From the sequence record NC_135728.1: a stretch of 64,000 nucleotides of DNA. The stretch is one strand, 5' to 3'. The notes under the pieces are model-generated. The model saw only the letters and a list, made by a program, of their open reading frames with translations, was not told the origin of the DNA and ran no database searches. The translations under genes and the position numbers were made by a program. Positions 1 to 9,920 of the stretch are shown here, one piece after another. Every line of letters starts with the position of its first letter. The stretch's first letter is position 1. This DNA comes from a phage.

Positions 1-94
1 TAAAAAGGCAGGCGGTGTTGTCCTTGATTGATCATTGACATAACCACAAGGACGTGGTATTGTTACCTCATAAAATGTTTAGGAGGGCTTAACC

Positions 95-301
95 ATGAAA
101 GATTTTCTGTTGGCAATTTTGTTCATGGCAGCATGTCTGGCCTGTGGTGTCGTGTTTGCAGGTGAAACAGCGTATCTTGTCGATGTATATCGGGACAATG
201 GTAAACGTATTTGCCTTTATGAGACAAGTCAAGGTGAGCTCTACGAGCTTGTGAAACAAGGCGAGGCTGGATCTTGTCCTCGCACCCATTTCTTTGAATG
301 A
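95..301 (+). CDS. small protein with N-terminal signal/TM-like segment
   Basis: 68-aa ORF with RBS-like aggagg upstream; N-terminus LLAILFMAACLACGVVFA is hydrophobic. Confidence 0.4.
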   Translation: MKDFLLAILFMAACLACGVVFAGETAYLVDVYRDNGKRICLYETSQGELYELVKQGEAGSCPRTHFFE

Positions 302-310
302 GGAGAATAC

Positions 311-775
311 GTGGAAGACGGACGTTTAATGAAGTCTGAACGCAGGCTTATTGTGCAACTGATCCCAGAAACAGCTTGGTATAATAACCTCCGAAACGCT
401 GTGAAGAAGAGTGAGTGGGATAAGATCCGTAAGAAGTGCTACAGAGAAGCCAACTACACTTGCGAGGTGTGCGGAGGTAAAGGCAGCAAACATCCAGTGG
501 AGTGTCATGAACTTTACACTTTCGAAGAAGGAGTGATCCGTCTTGTCGGACTGATAGCGTTGTGCCCAGACTGTCACACATCGGTGCATCCTGGGTTAGC
601 AAATATCCGTGGAAAGTATGCTCAGGCAGTTAATCAGTTGGCTAAGGTGAATAAGATCACCAAGGGTATGGCAGAGGCGTATTACCGAGACTGCTTTGCA
701 GAGTGGCGTGAGCTTAGTAAAGTTCCAGAATGGAAGACTGACTTTTCGTGGATAGAGGGTTACCTTGATGGCTAA
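311..775 (+). CDS. HNH/zinc-finger nuclease-like protein
   Basis: GTG start 6 nt after gaggag RBS; CEVCGG...ECHE...LCPDCHTSVH arrangement resembles HNH zinc-binding motif. Confidence 0.45.
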   Translation: MEDGRLMKSERRLIVQLIPETAWYNNLRNAVKKSEWDKIRKKCYREANYTCEVCGGKGSKHPVECHELYTFEEGVIRLVGLIALCPDCHTSVHPGLANIRGKYAQAVNQLAKVNKITKGMAEAYYRDCFAEWRELSKVPEWKTDFSWIEGYLDG

Positions 776-1058
776 GAAACCTGTAAAAGAGAAATTTGAT
801 AAGACAGCTTTTGTATTCGATACACCTTTGGACGATATCATCAGAGGTATGCAAGCCTTGTATCGGAAGTCTGAATCTGAGCAGCTGTCGGAATCAGAGC
901 TTTACTGGTTGGGTTGGTGGGAGCTTAATCTACCTAAAGCTGAAAGCTCTGATCTAAAAACCGTTAAAACGTGTGCCCAAGAAAATGCTGCACTTGGAAT
1001 TTACCACAAAAGAAAAAGATCAACAAAAAGCTCTCCAAGAAAGACTAAAAAGTCTTGA
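765..1058 (+). CDS. hypothetical protein, lysine-rich C-terminus
   Basis: 97-aa ORF overlapping upstream stop (translational coupling). Confidence 0.35.
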   Translation: MMAKKPVKEKFDKTAFVFDTPLDDIIRGMQALYRKSESEQLSESELYWLGWWELNLPKAESSDLKTVKTCAQENAALGIYHKRKRSTKSSPRKTKKS

Positions 1059-1084
1059 CAAATGAGTCTCTGATCTGATATTAT
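1055..1084 (+). promoter_or_regulatory. sigma70-like promoter TTGACA-N18-TATTAT
   Basis: Consensus -35 hexamer and near-consensus -10 read directly, followed by aggag RBS and ATG at 1118. Confidence 0.5.
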
Positions 1085-1117
1085 CAGTTAACTATTTATT
1101 AACTAGGAGAACTAGGT

Positions 1118-1426
1118 ATGCTTAAAATTTTTATTGTTGAAGATAAAGATATCGTCCAGTTGTATGCAAACGAGAATCACAAAGGTATGATTCTGAAGAA
1201 GGCAAAAAACCTTCATGAAAACACAATTCAACCGGGTGATGTAATTAAGATCTGTGGTTATATGATACCAGACTCCTTGATGAAAATAACCCACCACTGG
1301 GGGTCTAATCCGTTCCTTTTTGAAAAGTATTGGGATGTTGAGTCACTTATTGCAGAGAGTGATGATGCATTTCATTACAGCATCCAACCATCTTGCAGAA
1401 TAACTAACAGGAGGGGCTTTGAGTAG
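1118..1426 (+). CDS. hypothetical protein
   Basis: 102-aa ORF with aggag RBS, downstream of promoter. Confidence 0.5.
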   Translation: MLKIFIVEDKDIVQLYANENHKGMILKKAKNLHENTIQPGDVIKICGYMIPDSLMKITHHWGSNPFLFEKYWDVESLIAESDDAFHYSIQPSCRITNRRGFE

Positions 1427-2558
1427 AGAATATCCACTTATTGAATCTGTAGATTGTCTTGCTGATCTTCTCGAACCTGACGCTATAGTTTATTATGACT
1501 TCGACCAGGTTGCATATCAAGCTGCGGCAAGTTGTGAAAAAAGGACAATTGAGGTAACACACAAAGCCTCCGGACGTAAGAAGATGTTTAAAACACGAAC
1601 AGAGTTCTGGGGGCGGCAGAAAAACACCGTTGGTGGTTGGTTAAAAGCTGAGAATACCAACCGTGAAGCCGCATGTAAAAAGGCTGGAAAGGAGTTTATT
1701 CCGTGGACACGCGAAGATTTCGATGTCTTGGATATCCAAACCCCTGATCCTGTAGAGAACTGCTTACACACAATTAAGTGTAAAGCTAATGCAGTTCTTA
1801 ACTATCTTGGTATTCCGGAAGAGCGATGTGTCGGGGTGTTGGGAGGCACAGGTAACTTCAGACTAGATCTTCCAATGCCGGAAAGATACAAAGCCAACCG
1901 TAACAATACTCTTCGACCACTGCTGCTTGGAGATGCAAGACAGTATCTCCAAAAGCAGTATAATGCTCAAGTGATCAACGGTATCGAGGCTGACGACTGG
2001 TTAGCTATCCAGCAATTTGAAGGTTGGAACCACTACCAAAAAACAGGTAAGTTCAACAAGTTTATTATCTCTATTGATAAGGACCAAAGAACACTACCTG
2101 GACTTGTGTTCGATCCCATGCGAAACGATAAGGGAGATTTTGTAAGGGAAACCCCTATGCTGATCGATAACGGCATGGGAAACATCTTCATGAAGCCTAA
2201 TGGAGAGGTTGGTGGTTACGGAATGCTGTTCTTCGGATACCAAATGCTGTGTGGTGACTCTGCTGACAACATCAAGCCGTATCAAGGACTTATCGGTAAG
2301 GGTAAGTTCGGGGATGCCTCAGCATTCTACCTGCTGTCTCAGTGCAGCACTCCAAAGGAGATGTGGGTGGCTATTATTGATCAGTACAAGAAGTGGTTCC
2401 CGAAAGGTGTTGTTAAGTATACTGACTTCAATGGCATTGATCGTAGAATTTCCGTAGGTCAATGGATGAGTATAATTTTTGACTGTTTGTATATGAAGCG
2501 AACATTCAATGATCAAACAAAACTTGTTAACGTTCTTAGAAATGTTGGAGCAATTTGA
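1419..2558 (+). CDS. 5'-3' exonuclease / flap endonuclease (FEN family)
   Basis: Motifs YKANR, GIEADDWLA and H3TH-like GDSADNIKPYQGLIGKGKFG match the 5' nuclease family of Pol I N-domain/phage FEN. Confidence 0.65.
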   Translation: MSREYPLIESVDCLADLLEPDAIVYYDFDQVAYQAAASCEKRTIEVTHKASGRKKMFKTRTEFWGRQKNTVGGWLKAENTNREAACKKAGKEFIPWTREDFDVLDIQTPDPVENCLHTIKCKANAVLNYLGIPEERCVGVLGGTGNFRLDLPMPERYKANRNNTLRPLLLGDARQYLQKQYNAQVINGIEADDWLAIQQFEGWNHYQKTGKFNKFIISIDKDQRTLPGLVFDPMRNDKGDFVRETPMLIDNGMGNIFMKPNGEVGGYGMLFFGYQMLCGDSADNIKPYQGLIGKGKFGDASAFYLLSQCSTPKEMWVAIIDQYKKWFPKGVVKYTDFNGIDRRISVGQWMSIIFDCLYMKRTFNDQTKLVNVLRNVGAI

Positions 2559-2890
2559 TGACTAAAAATGCTGTAGATAATGCAATTATGGAAGCTGTTT
2601 TTGAGGATGATCATACAACAGGGACACTTAAAACAAAAAACACATTTATTGTTGCCACAGGTATGTGGCGGTTGTACGAAGATGACACTATTGCATACAT
2701 CTTGTATACTGATGATTACGCAGATGACCGTGTATGGTCTGCTGTTTTAAAAGAGGATTGTGAGCTGATTGAGGGCGAGCGGTTATGCATGTTCACCAGT
2801 GTGGAAACAGATGTTAAGCTTTGCTCTCTCGTCTTGTTCAAAGATAAGGCTTATGCTCCTGATGAAGGAGAGGAGGATGAGAGAGCATGA
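2555..2890 (+). CDS. hypothetical acidic protein
   Basis: 111-aa ORF, start overlaps upstream stop. Confidence 0.45.
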   Translation: MMTKNAVDNAIMEAVFEDDHTTGTLKTKNTFIVATGMWRLYEDDTIAYILYTDDYADDRVWSAVLKEDCELIEGERLCMFTSVETDVKLCSLVLFKDKAYAPDEGEEDERA

Positions 2891-3516
2891 GAGAGCGTCT
2901 ATTATCCATAGACCAGTCGTTGACACACACAGCTTGCGTTGTATGGGACGATGGAAAGCCTGTTCATAAGGTTGTGTTACGAACTCAAAGCTCATCTGCA
3001 AAAGAGAAGAAACCAGGGACGGTTTCTTTTGCAACAGCTGCTGAGCGCATTGACTGGATCTGCAAACAGGTCAGATATTATATCCACACGCACGGAGTTG
3101 ACACCGTGGTTATGGAAGGGCTTTCCTTTGGATCACGCGGTGATGCCACACGTGAGCTGGCTGGGCTGTTTTACGGTCTTGAAATTATGCTTTGGGATGC
3201 CTTAGCTGATTGTGAAAATGACGGCCTGTTTAAGGTCCACACAGTGACACCAACAACTGCCAAAAAGTTTGCTCGTAGTCATCTTCCTGAAGAACTTGCT
3301 TTTGAGGAGAAGAAAAAGCTTGACAAAAAGACAGGTAAAGAGCATACTGTGAAGAAACCTGTTACAATGGATAAAAAGTTGATGGTTAAGGCCTGCGAAG
3401 TATCTGAACCTGGGTTCCTAGATGGGATCAATTTGGTACAAGGTAAGGCCGATCTCGCAGATGCTTATTGGATAGGCAGGGCTCATCTGGAGGGATTATC
3501 GCAAAGCGTAAAATAA
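2887..3516 (+). CDS. hypothetical protein (possible RNase H-fold nuclease)
   Basis: 209-aa ORF; SIDQS...VVMEGLSFGSRGD loosely resembles RuvC-like acidic motif spacing; weak. Confidence 0.4.
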   Translation: MRERLLSIDQSLTHTACVVWDDGKPVHKVVLRTQSSSAKEKKPGTVSFATAAERIDWICKQVRYYIHTHGVDTVVMEGLSFGSRGDATRELAGLFYGLEIMLWDALADCENDGLFKVHTVTPTTAKKFARSHLPEELAFEEKKKLDKKTGKEHTVKKPVTMDKKLMVKACEVSEPGFLDGINLVQGKADLADAYWIGRAHLEGLSQSVK

Positions 3517-4073
3517 GAAAGAAAGCTGTCAAAGCCCCAGTTCATAACGGGTGGTTAAAAGATTCTAAGGACATAGCCAACTTTCGAAAAGAATTGTCAG
3601 AGGAGCAGGATGGTCTTGATCCGATCTTGTGCGAGCCACTTCGTAAGCCTTGTTTAGATCATGATCATCTGACTGGTCGTTGCAGGGGTGTTTTGTCTCA
3701 ATGCACTAATACCTTTGAGGGATATGTGCTTAAATACTGGATGAAATACTGTAACGAGTATACAGATTGCAGTTTATCAGAGGCGTTGCGCCGGATGGCT
3801 GACTATTTGGAGAAAGACTACAGCGACTTCCCGCTCCACAAAAACTACAGAGATGATATGACAAAGTTCTTGAGGAGATGCTCTAAAGCTACGATTATTG
3901 CACGAGCAGAATCAGATCTAAATCTTGTCATTAATCCGGAGTGCACCAAGCATGAGGCTATTGAGTTCTACATGCAGGAGTTTATAAAGAAAACTGAGGA
4001 GAGAGATTTCTATGGGGATGAAAAAGGTATTCAATCCTTGCGACTCAGTCCTGATCAGGATGAAATACCGTAA
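3468..4073 (+). CDS. endonuclease VII-like (HNH family) junction-resolving nuclease
   Basis: CLDHDHLTGRCRGVLSQCTNTFEG matches the T4 endonuclease VII signature (LDHDH..G..RG.LC..CN..EG); start uncertain, ORF overlaps upstream gene. Confidence 0.6.
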   Translation: MDRQGSSGGIIAKRKIRKKAVKAPVHNGWLKDSKDIANFRKELSEEQDGLDPILCEPLRKPCLDHDHLTGRCRGVLSQCTNTFEGYVLKYWMKYCNEYTDCSLSEALRRMADYLEKDYSDFPLHKNYRDDMTKFLRRCSKATIIARAESDLNLVINPECTKHEAIEFYMQEFIKKTEERDFYGDEKGIQSLRLSPDQDEIP

Positions 4074-4233
4074 CTGGAAAGGTGTTGTTGCAGATCGCTG
4101 CGTTACTGAGCCTAATTTATGGTTTGGATCTACAGAGTATCATAAAGAAGAGCAGTGGTTGATGCGTGCCTTCGATGTAGACAAGGGCGAATATCGTGAC
4201 TTCGCTTTAAAAGACATTCTTCAGTTTTACTAA
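4060..4233 (+). CDS. hypothetical small protein
   Basis: ORF track 4012..4233; an internal ATG overlapping the upstream stop is the likelier start. Confidence 0.3.
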   Translation: MKYRNWKGVVADRCVTEPNLWFGSTEYHKEEQWLMRAFDVDKGEYRDFALKDILQFY

Positions 4234-4245
4234 GGAATCTTAACG

Positions 4246-5229
4246 ATGATGACAAAGTTAACTCTTGAGCAAATTTTAACACTAAAGCAACAGGGATACA
4301 CTAATAGACAAATTGCTCGTGAATTTTTAGGCCGTGAGTCACGTGAGAGCTGGATCCGACTACAGCTTAAACGTGCACAAGAGAATATGTCAGAGATTGT
4401 AGGAGAAGCAACGGAGCGCTTCCTTGAAGAACACAAAGGTGCTAAAGTTTGGGTGTATGATACAGAGACATCCCCAACAAACGGCTGGTTCTTTGGGCAC
4501 TATAAGACCAACATTCAAACCTGTGGTATTGAAGTTATGCCCTATATGCTAACTTTCGCAGGTAAGTGGTTAGACAGCCCTAGTGTGGTTGACTGCGCTC
4601 TTCCAGATTACAAAATGTGGGATGAAGATATTCACAATGATCTCGAATTGATTCAGGATTTGTGGTATTATCTGGATAAATGCGATGTCGCAGTAGCCCA
4701 CAATTCAGGTTTTGACTGCGGGTGGGCCAACCAACGATTTGCATTTCACGGGTTGCCTCCAACAAGCCCCTACAAAGAGGTTGACACCCTTAAAATGATC
4801 AAGAAGGCATTCCGTTTGAATGCAAACACTTTGGAGTATGCATGCAAATACTTCCAACTGGCCAGACAGAAACTGATTGATCACACATTTGAAATGTGGA
4901 TCAAGTGTGTCCATGGCGATCTTGAGGCATTTAAACAGATGCGGGAGTATAATGTTGGTGATATCCTGTCTCTGGAAGGACTGTATTTGCTGGCTCGCCC
5001 GTTTGCTAAGCAGCACCCAAACATGTCATTGTACTACCAGGACGAGGAGCCAAAGGTTCGTTGCCCACGCTGTGGTGGAGAACACTTTCACGAGGAAGAA
5101 GCTTTGGCATATACTCAGCTGAGTGCATTTAAAACATACCGCTGCGAAGGTTGTGGATCTGTTGTTCGTGACCGTAACAACATCCGTACCAGAGAAGAAA
5201 TGAAAAACACCCTGATTCAGATAATCTAA
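4246..5229 (+). CDS. DEDD-family 3'-5' exonuclease with C-terminal zinc ribbon
   Basis: VYDTETS (Exo I), VAHNSGFD (Exo II), VGDILSLEGLY (Exo III-like), then CPRCGG...CEGCG. Confidence 0.5.
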   Translation: MMTKLTLEQILTLKQQGYTNRQIAREFLGRESRESWIRLQLKRAQENMSEIVGEATERFLEEHKGAKVWVYDTETSPTNGWFFGHYKTNIQTCGIEVMPYMLTFAGKWLDSPSVVDCALPDYKMWDEDIHNDLELIQDLWYYLDKCDVAVAHNSGFDCGWANQRFAFHGLPPTSPYKEVDTLKMIKKAFRLNANTLEYACKYFQLARQKLIDHTFEMWIKCVHGDLEAFKQMREYNVGDILSLEGLYLLARPFAKQHPNMSLYYQDEEPKVRCPRCGGEHFHEEEALAYTQLSAFKTYRCEGCGSVVRDRNNIRTREEMKNTLIQII

Positions 5230-5237
5230 CAATTATA

Positions 5238-5265
5238 GGGAGGCTTGCGCCTCCCTTTTCCTTTT
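5238..5265 (+). terminator. rho-independent terminator-like hairpin
   Basis: GGGAGGC-TTGC-GCCTCCC stem-loop followed by TTTTCCTTTT just after stop of 4246..5229. Confidence 0.5.
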
Positions 5266-5274
5266 GGAGGCACT

Positions 5275-6093
5275 TTGAGCAAGAAAGAGTCCAACGACAA
5301 ATATTACACAAACCCTGAGTATGCAGAATATCTTGTTGGTAAAGTAAAAGACAAGTATGGGAATTGTGCATACGTTGAGCCTTCTGCTGGAAGGGGTTCT
5401 TTTTCAAAACTATTTTCAAAGATACTGTCGTACGATCTAGTACCAGATCCTGAATTTGAAGGACCAACACAGTGCATTCAGGCAAACTTCTTGGAGGTGC
5501 ATCCTAAGGCAGATGTCTTCATAGGTAACCCACCATTTGGCAAGAATTCATCTTTAGCTTGCAAATTCTTTAACCATTGTGCATCATTGCTAGAGCTTGG
5601 CGGGGCTATAGCCTTCATCTTGCCACGGACATTTGAAAAAATATTTTTTGCAAACAAACTGGACATGTCTATGCACCTTGTCTACAGCGAAAGGTGCCCT
5701 AAGAACTCGTTTTTACTTAATGGCAAACCTTACGACGTGCCATGTGTTTTCCAAATTTGGGAGAAAAAGGCGTGCAATAGGGATCCTGTAGAGATTGGAG
5801 AGAATAAGTTATTTTCTTTTAGCACTCCGGATGACTACGACTTCTGTGTAAGACGTGTTGGGTATAATGCTGGAAAAGTATTGGGGGATGATGACCCAAA
5901 ATCTGAAGAATCGACATATTTCATAAAATCTTTAGTTGACGGTGTTGACAGAGTGTTTGCCGAATGCTATTCTTCTTTTCAAGAAGAAGCAGGTAAGACT
6001 GCTGGAATGAAGAGTATAGGCAAGAAAGAACTACAATACATTTTGGAGACCCGGTATGATCAAAAGCATAGACTTGACCAAAGAACTTACTGA
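5275..6093 (+). CDS. N6-adenine DNA methyltransferase (NPPF motif)
   Basis: SAM-binding-like EPSAGRGSF and catalytic GNPPFG; likely TTG start at 5275 after ggagg RBS (ORF track starts 5245 inside the terminator hairpin). Confidence 0.55.
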   Translation: MSKKESNDKYYTNPEYAEYLVGKVKDKYGNCAYVEPSAGRGSFSKLFSKILSYDLVPDPEFEGPTQCIQANFLEVHPKADVFIGNPPFGKNSSLACKFFNHCASLLELGGAIAFILPRTFEKIFFANKLDMSMHLVYSERCPKNSFLLNGKPYDVPCVFQIWEKKACNRDPVEIGENKLFSFSTPDDYDFCVRRVGYNAGKVLGDDDPKSEESTYFIKSLVDGVDRVFAECYSSFQEEAGKTAGMKSIGKKELQYILETRYDQKHRLDQRTY

Positions 6094-6514
6094 TGCAAAA
6101 GCTTTTGGTGAGACAGCGGTACAAAGAGGCCAGGCGATGGGACTGGCACTACCTTTCGTCTTAAAAGAGCACTTTACAGATTTTCAACTTATCAAAGGTG
6201 ATAAGGGAATGCTTATCCTGGAGCATAAGTTGAGTAAGAAACGCTACAAAGTTGTTTTTAATTCTAAAGCCCCAACAAAACTTGGATTCAGAACTTACAA
6301 TCTCAACCCATCCTATACTAAGGGTGTTGGAAGGGTAGAACAACAGCATTTCAGTGCTAGAGCTTCTTTAGCCCCTTTGATGCTAAATTTCTCAGGAGTG
6401 GCTTTAGGATACCTTGATAAGAAAAGAGTTCTTCATGTCCGTTTCACAGACTTTGTAACGCTTTTAGCTAACAACGAAGTTGATGAAAAGGGACGTGTAA
6501 AAACAAACTTCTAA
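6056..6514 (+). CDS. hypothetical protein
   Basis: 152-aa ORF; start uncertain, overlaps upstream gene. Confidence 0.4.
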   Translation: MIKSIDLTKELTDAKAFGETAVQRGQAMGLALPFVLKEHFTDFQLIKGDKGMLILEHKLSKKRYKVVFNSKAPTKLGFRTYNLNPSYTKGVGRVEQQHFSARASLAPLMLNFSGVALGYLDKKRVLHVRFTDFVTLLANNEVDEKGRVKTNF

Positions 6515-6529
6515 TAACGCATAGTATGA

Positions 6530-6733
6530 TTGGAGACCGCAATGACACTAAAGTTAACAATTCCAGACAGCTTTTCAGAAAACTTTATCCCAGAAATGAT
6601 GGGTAAGATGCGATCATTGCTTGATCAGATTGAGGAAGCTGTTTGGGAAGACGATGCTGTAGTGGCTAACGAGCTAGTAGATAAGTGTAAAAGTATTATT
6701 GATGCAGTTGAAGAATACTACGGAGGTTTTTGA
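6530..6733 (+). CDS. hypothetical small acidic protein
   Basis: 67-aa ORF with RBS ggagacc; stop overlaps next start. Confidence 0.4.
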   Translation: METAMTLKLTIPDSFSENFIPEMMGKMRSLLDQIEEAVWEDDAVVANELVDKCKSIIDAVEEYYGGF

Positions 6734-7347
6734 TGGATATTATTGTTCTTAACGCCCCACCCAGCAGCGGTAAGGATCACATTGCAGATCTCTTGTTGGA
6801 AGCTATTCCTAACTCACACCATCGTGAGGTTAAGGAGATGCTCTTCAGCGTGGCAATTAAGGCAGCTGGTGTAACTCCTCAACTCTGGAATGCACTTTAT
6901 GACCGCCACTACAAAGAAGAGCCTTGCCCTTTCTTAATGATAGACGGCAAGCATGTTTCTCCGCGAGAGTGGATGATCCATTGTAGTGAAAATCTGATTA
7001 AACCTATCTTTGGTGAAGATGCTTTCGGTAAGGCCGCAGTCACATCCTTGAAGAAAGATTTCCCTAAAGGTAAAGGGGTTGTTGTTTACTCCGATGGTGG
7101 ATTTAAAGAGGAGCTGGCGTGCCTTAGTGAGTACGCATACAGCACAGGTGGAGATCTGTTGTTGTTCCGTATTCACCGTGTCGGATATGACTGGGGAAAT
7201 GATTCCAGAACCTATCTAAGTCTGGAAAAGAACGGAATAAAAGGGATTGAGTTCGATGTTGTAAATCCTGAAGGTGCACCTTGGGAATGTGCATCGGAGA
7301 TTGTGTGCAAGTATATTGATGCTAAAGAGGCCCAAGAAGAATGTTAA
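6730..7347 (+). CDS. deoxynucleoside monophosphate kinase-like
   Basis: N-terminal IIVLNAPPSSGKDHIADLL resembles the P-loop of T4 gp1 dNMP kinase (LSGVKRSGKDTTADFI). Confidence 0.5.
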   Translation: MMDIIVLNAPPSSGKDHIADLLLEAIPNSHHREVKEMLFSVAIKAAGVTPQLWNALYDRHYKEEPCPFLMIDGKHVSPREWMIHCSENLIKPIFGEDAFGKAAVTSLKKDFPKGKGVVVYSDGGFKEELACLSEYAYSTGGDLLLFRIHRVGYDWGNDSRTYLSLEKNGIKGIEFDVVNPEGAPWECASEIVCKYIDAKEAQEEC

Positions 7348-7934
7348 TCGGAATTGATGTAGATTTGACACTGGTAGATTCAGGAACAGCATGGTGGGAG
7401 TGGTTGGAGCGTTTGTATGGTCCAGCCAGTAAGACAGTCGTTAAACCTTCTAATGGGCTGATGTATTACGATCTGTCAAAGTATTGGCCTGATCGCCCCA
7501 AAGAAAACATCATAGGACCTTTTGATTTCTGGAGTGATCCGTTCCTCTACGACTTCCTTAAGCCTGAAGAGGGGGCTATTGAGGTTATGAAAGATTTGGT
7601 GGCTCGCGGTCACAAGCTCGCATTTATCTCGGTATGCAAGAAAGGTCACCTTGCATCTAAATCAAGGTTCTTAAAGCGTTGGACCAGTGATTTTATGGAT
7701 CTGGATGATCACACCCAGGGTCACGGCTTCTACGCCACACATTTCAAAGGTAATGTGGCTGTAGATGTTATAATTGACGACAGGCATGAATACCTGAACC
7801 AATTCGCTTCACGACCTGAAGTTATTAAAATCCTAAAAGACACACCTTATGAGCAATTCGAGGAGTTAAAGGTCAGTGTTGACTATACCACTAATAGCTG
7901 GTATAAAATAGGAAAGTTTTTAGAAGGTATTTGA
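7341..7934 (+). CDS. HAD-superfamily phosphatase (5'-deoxynucleotidase-like)
   Basis: N-terminal GIDVDLTLVD matches HAD motif I (DxDxT/V). Confidence 0.5.
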   Translation: MLIGIDVDLTLVDSGTAWWEWLERLYGPASKTVVKPSNGLMYYDLSKYWPDRPKENIIGPFDFWSDPFLYDFLKPEEGAIEVMKDLVARGHKLAFISVCKKGHLASKSRFLKRWTSDFMDLDDHTQGHGFYATHFKGNVAVDVIIDDRHEYLNQFASRPEVIKILKDTPYEQFEELKVSVDYTTNSWYKIGKFLEGI

Positions 7935-7935
7935 A

Positions 7936-8136
7936 ATGGGCAGATGTTCTAAAGGTGGCGATCCTGTAGTCAGATACGGTGACTGGCTGGAGGTATATGA
8001 TCTGGGGGGCAAGCTAGTGTATGCCTCCAGGATCACCCAAGACATGTGCTCTGATATGTTTAACAGATACCTTGCATTTAAGGCTAACATAAGCCCAGAC
8101 GAAATTTCCAAAATTAAAACAAGGAGAGCTAAATAA
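7936..8136 (+). CDS. hypothetical protein
   Basis: 66-aa ORF abutting neighbours. Confidence 0.35.
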   Translation: MGRCSKGGDPVVRYGDWLEVYDLGGKLVYASRITQDMCSDMFNRYLAFKANISPDEISKIKTRRAK

Positions 8137-9119
8137 TGCTAAAACTGTGCACTGCAAAGATTATTGCTGACAGCATTTCCGAGAAAGGTAAGCGTATCAC
8201 CACTTTTGAGCTAGAGTATCCTCGAATTATTCACTCAGAGCTTATGACGCACCGAGTGTTCAGCCGAAACGCCATGTCTTCCCGTGCAGTACCTGTCGGC
8301 AAGATGCTGCAACAGATTGTGGAGAACCCTGCAATGCCAGTACGCTTCGGTGTAAATAAGCGGGGGATGGAAGATGGTGGAGAACACGATCAAAAGATCC
8401 GTGTAGAGTACACTGACATGGAGTTAACTCCTGAAGAGTTTTGGAAAGAAGCTGCAAAAAACGCAGCTTGGCATGCAGAGAAGTTCGCCCTTGCTGGTTA
8501 CCATAAGCAAGTATGTAACCGCTTAGTGGAGCCGTTTCAGCGCATGAAAACAGTTGTAACAAGCACAGAGTGGAATAATTTCTTCCATCTCCGTTGCTGG
8601 CACGATGCGGACCCTACTATTCAGATGTTGGCTAATTGCATGTGGGAGGCTCTTATGAATAGCACTCCTGAAATCCTTAAACCTGGTCAATGGCACACAC
8701 CATATGTAGAGCACGTTTATTTGGACGGCGAGTTTAACTATGCTGTACGTGACACAGAAGGAAAGCTTTGCATTCTCGATACTGGAGAAGCTCTGTCTAT
8801 TAGTGCTAGTTGCTGTGCACAAGTATCTTATCGAAATATTGACAGCACGTTTGAAAAGGCAGACAGTGTGGCTAAAAAATTGATTGGTGGGGATCGTATT
8901 CATGCAAGCCCTTACGAGCACCAAGCAACACCTATGGATCACGATAACGCAATGGAACGTTTAAACTACTATCTATCTTCATGTGAAATCACACAAGACA
9001 GCTGTGTTTGGCAGGAAGGTGTAACCCATCAAGACCGTGATGGTAAATTCTGGTCTGCCAACTTTTGTGGGTGGGTTCAGCACAGACAACTGCTTAATAA
9101 CCACTTCGTGAAAGGTTAA
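8136..9119 (+). CDS. thyX: flavin-dependent thymidylate synthase ThyX-like
   Basis: THRVFSRNAMSSRAV aligns with the ThyX RHR-x7-S signature; sits in nucleotide-metabolism module; 327 aa is longer than typical ThyX. Confidence 0.5.
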   Translation: MLKLCTAKIIADSISEKGKRITTFELEYPRIIHSELMTHRVFSRNAMSSRAVPVGKMLQQIVENPAMPVRFGVNKRGMEDGGEHDQKIRVEYTDMELTPEEFWKEAAKNAAWHAEKFALAGYHKQVCNRLVEPFQRMKTVVTSTEWNNFFHLRCWHDADPTIQMLANCMWEALMNSTPEILKPGQWHTPYVEHVYLDGEFNYAVRDTEGKLCILDTGEALSISASCCAQVSYRNIDSTFEKADSVAKKLIGGDRIHASPYEHQATPMDHDNAMERLNYYLSSCEITQDSCVWQEGVTHQDRDGKFWSANFCGWVQHRQLLNNHFVKG

Positions 9120-9148
9120 TCCTATCACAGCGATAGGTAACTTTTGTG

Positions 9149-9177
9149 TTGACTAATATTATCAGATAATCTATAAT
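9149..9177 (+). promoter_or_regulatory. sigma70-like promoter TTGACT-N17-TATAAT
   Basis: Hexamers read directly upstream of ORF 9179..9679. Confidence 0.5.
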
Positions 9178-9217
9178 AATGGCTCACTTTGTTGGTGAGC
9201 CAGAAATGGAGACAGAT

Positions 9218-9679
9218 ATGAGTAATGTTATGATTCCTAAAAAGACATTTATTTCAGTTACTTTAGATTTCCTATCTACCGTACCTGGGTTTAACGTTCG
9301 CACACGAAACGGTCTCCGAGCTGCACTCTTCGCCGTAGGCTTTGATTTAAAAAATATTGATGTTCTCCGTGGAAAAAACGTTCGATGCAAAAATAAGCCA
9401 ACCCATTATCGAAAGGCAGATGTGTTTGCTGGTGTCATGCGTGCAGACTTTAGATACCCACAAATGTATAACGGTGTAGATATTTTAGATGTAGATAAAG
9501 CACCTGGTGAGGCAATGCTTGTTCAAGATCTTCCGTATGATATCCCAGTAGAAGATCGTGTTAATGTAAGAAAGTATACAAAACAATCTGAAAAGGCTGA
9601 AGATATTCATATTGTTGATGAACCTTTCAATTTTGAAGATCTGCATCGCCTAGAAAAATTATTCGGTATTGAAAGCTAA
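9218..9679 (+). CDS. hypothetical protein
   Basis: ORF track 9179..9679; ATG at 9218 preceded by ggaga RBS is the likelier start. Confidence 0.45.
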   Translation: MSNVMIPKKTFISVTLDFLSTVPGFNVRTRNGLRAALFAVGFDLKNIDVLRGKNVRCKNKPTHYRKADVFAGVMRADFRYPQMYNGVDILDVDKAPGEAMLVQDLPYDIPVEDRVNVRKYTKQSEKAEDIHIVDEPFNFEDLHRLEKLFGIES

Positions 9680-9920
9680 GGTGGTGAAGATGAGTCATAG
9701 CTCCAAGTGGAAGGATCTTGGTTTTGCAAGTCGGGCAGAGTATGTTGGTTGGCTTTGGTTCAACGGTCTGACAAACGATATTAAAATGTATGATGATGTT
9801 TATTATGACGAGTATACAGGTAAAATTATAAATATCTCTGTAGAAGAGGATACCTTTATCCAGCAAGATACTGATACCTGCCTTGATAAATACGTTAATG
9901 AAGTGGAGGAAGCAAATTGA
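9669..9920 (+). CDS. hypothetical protein
   Basis: 83-aa ORF coupled to neighbours. Confidence 0.4.
   Translation: MKAKVVKMSHSSKWKDLGFASRAEYVGWLWFNGLTNDIKMYDDVYYDEYTGKIINISVEEDTFIQQDTDTCLDKYVNEVEEAN

Noticed and set aside
2887-3516. Confident RuvC resolvase call
   Set aside because: Only loose resemblance in acidic residue spacing; kept as hypothetical with a low-confidence note
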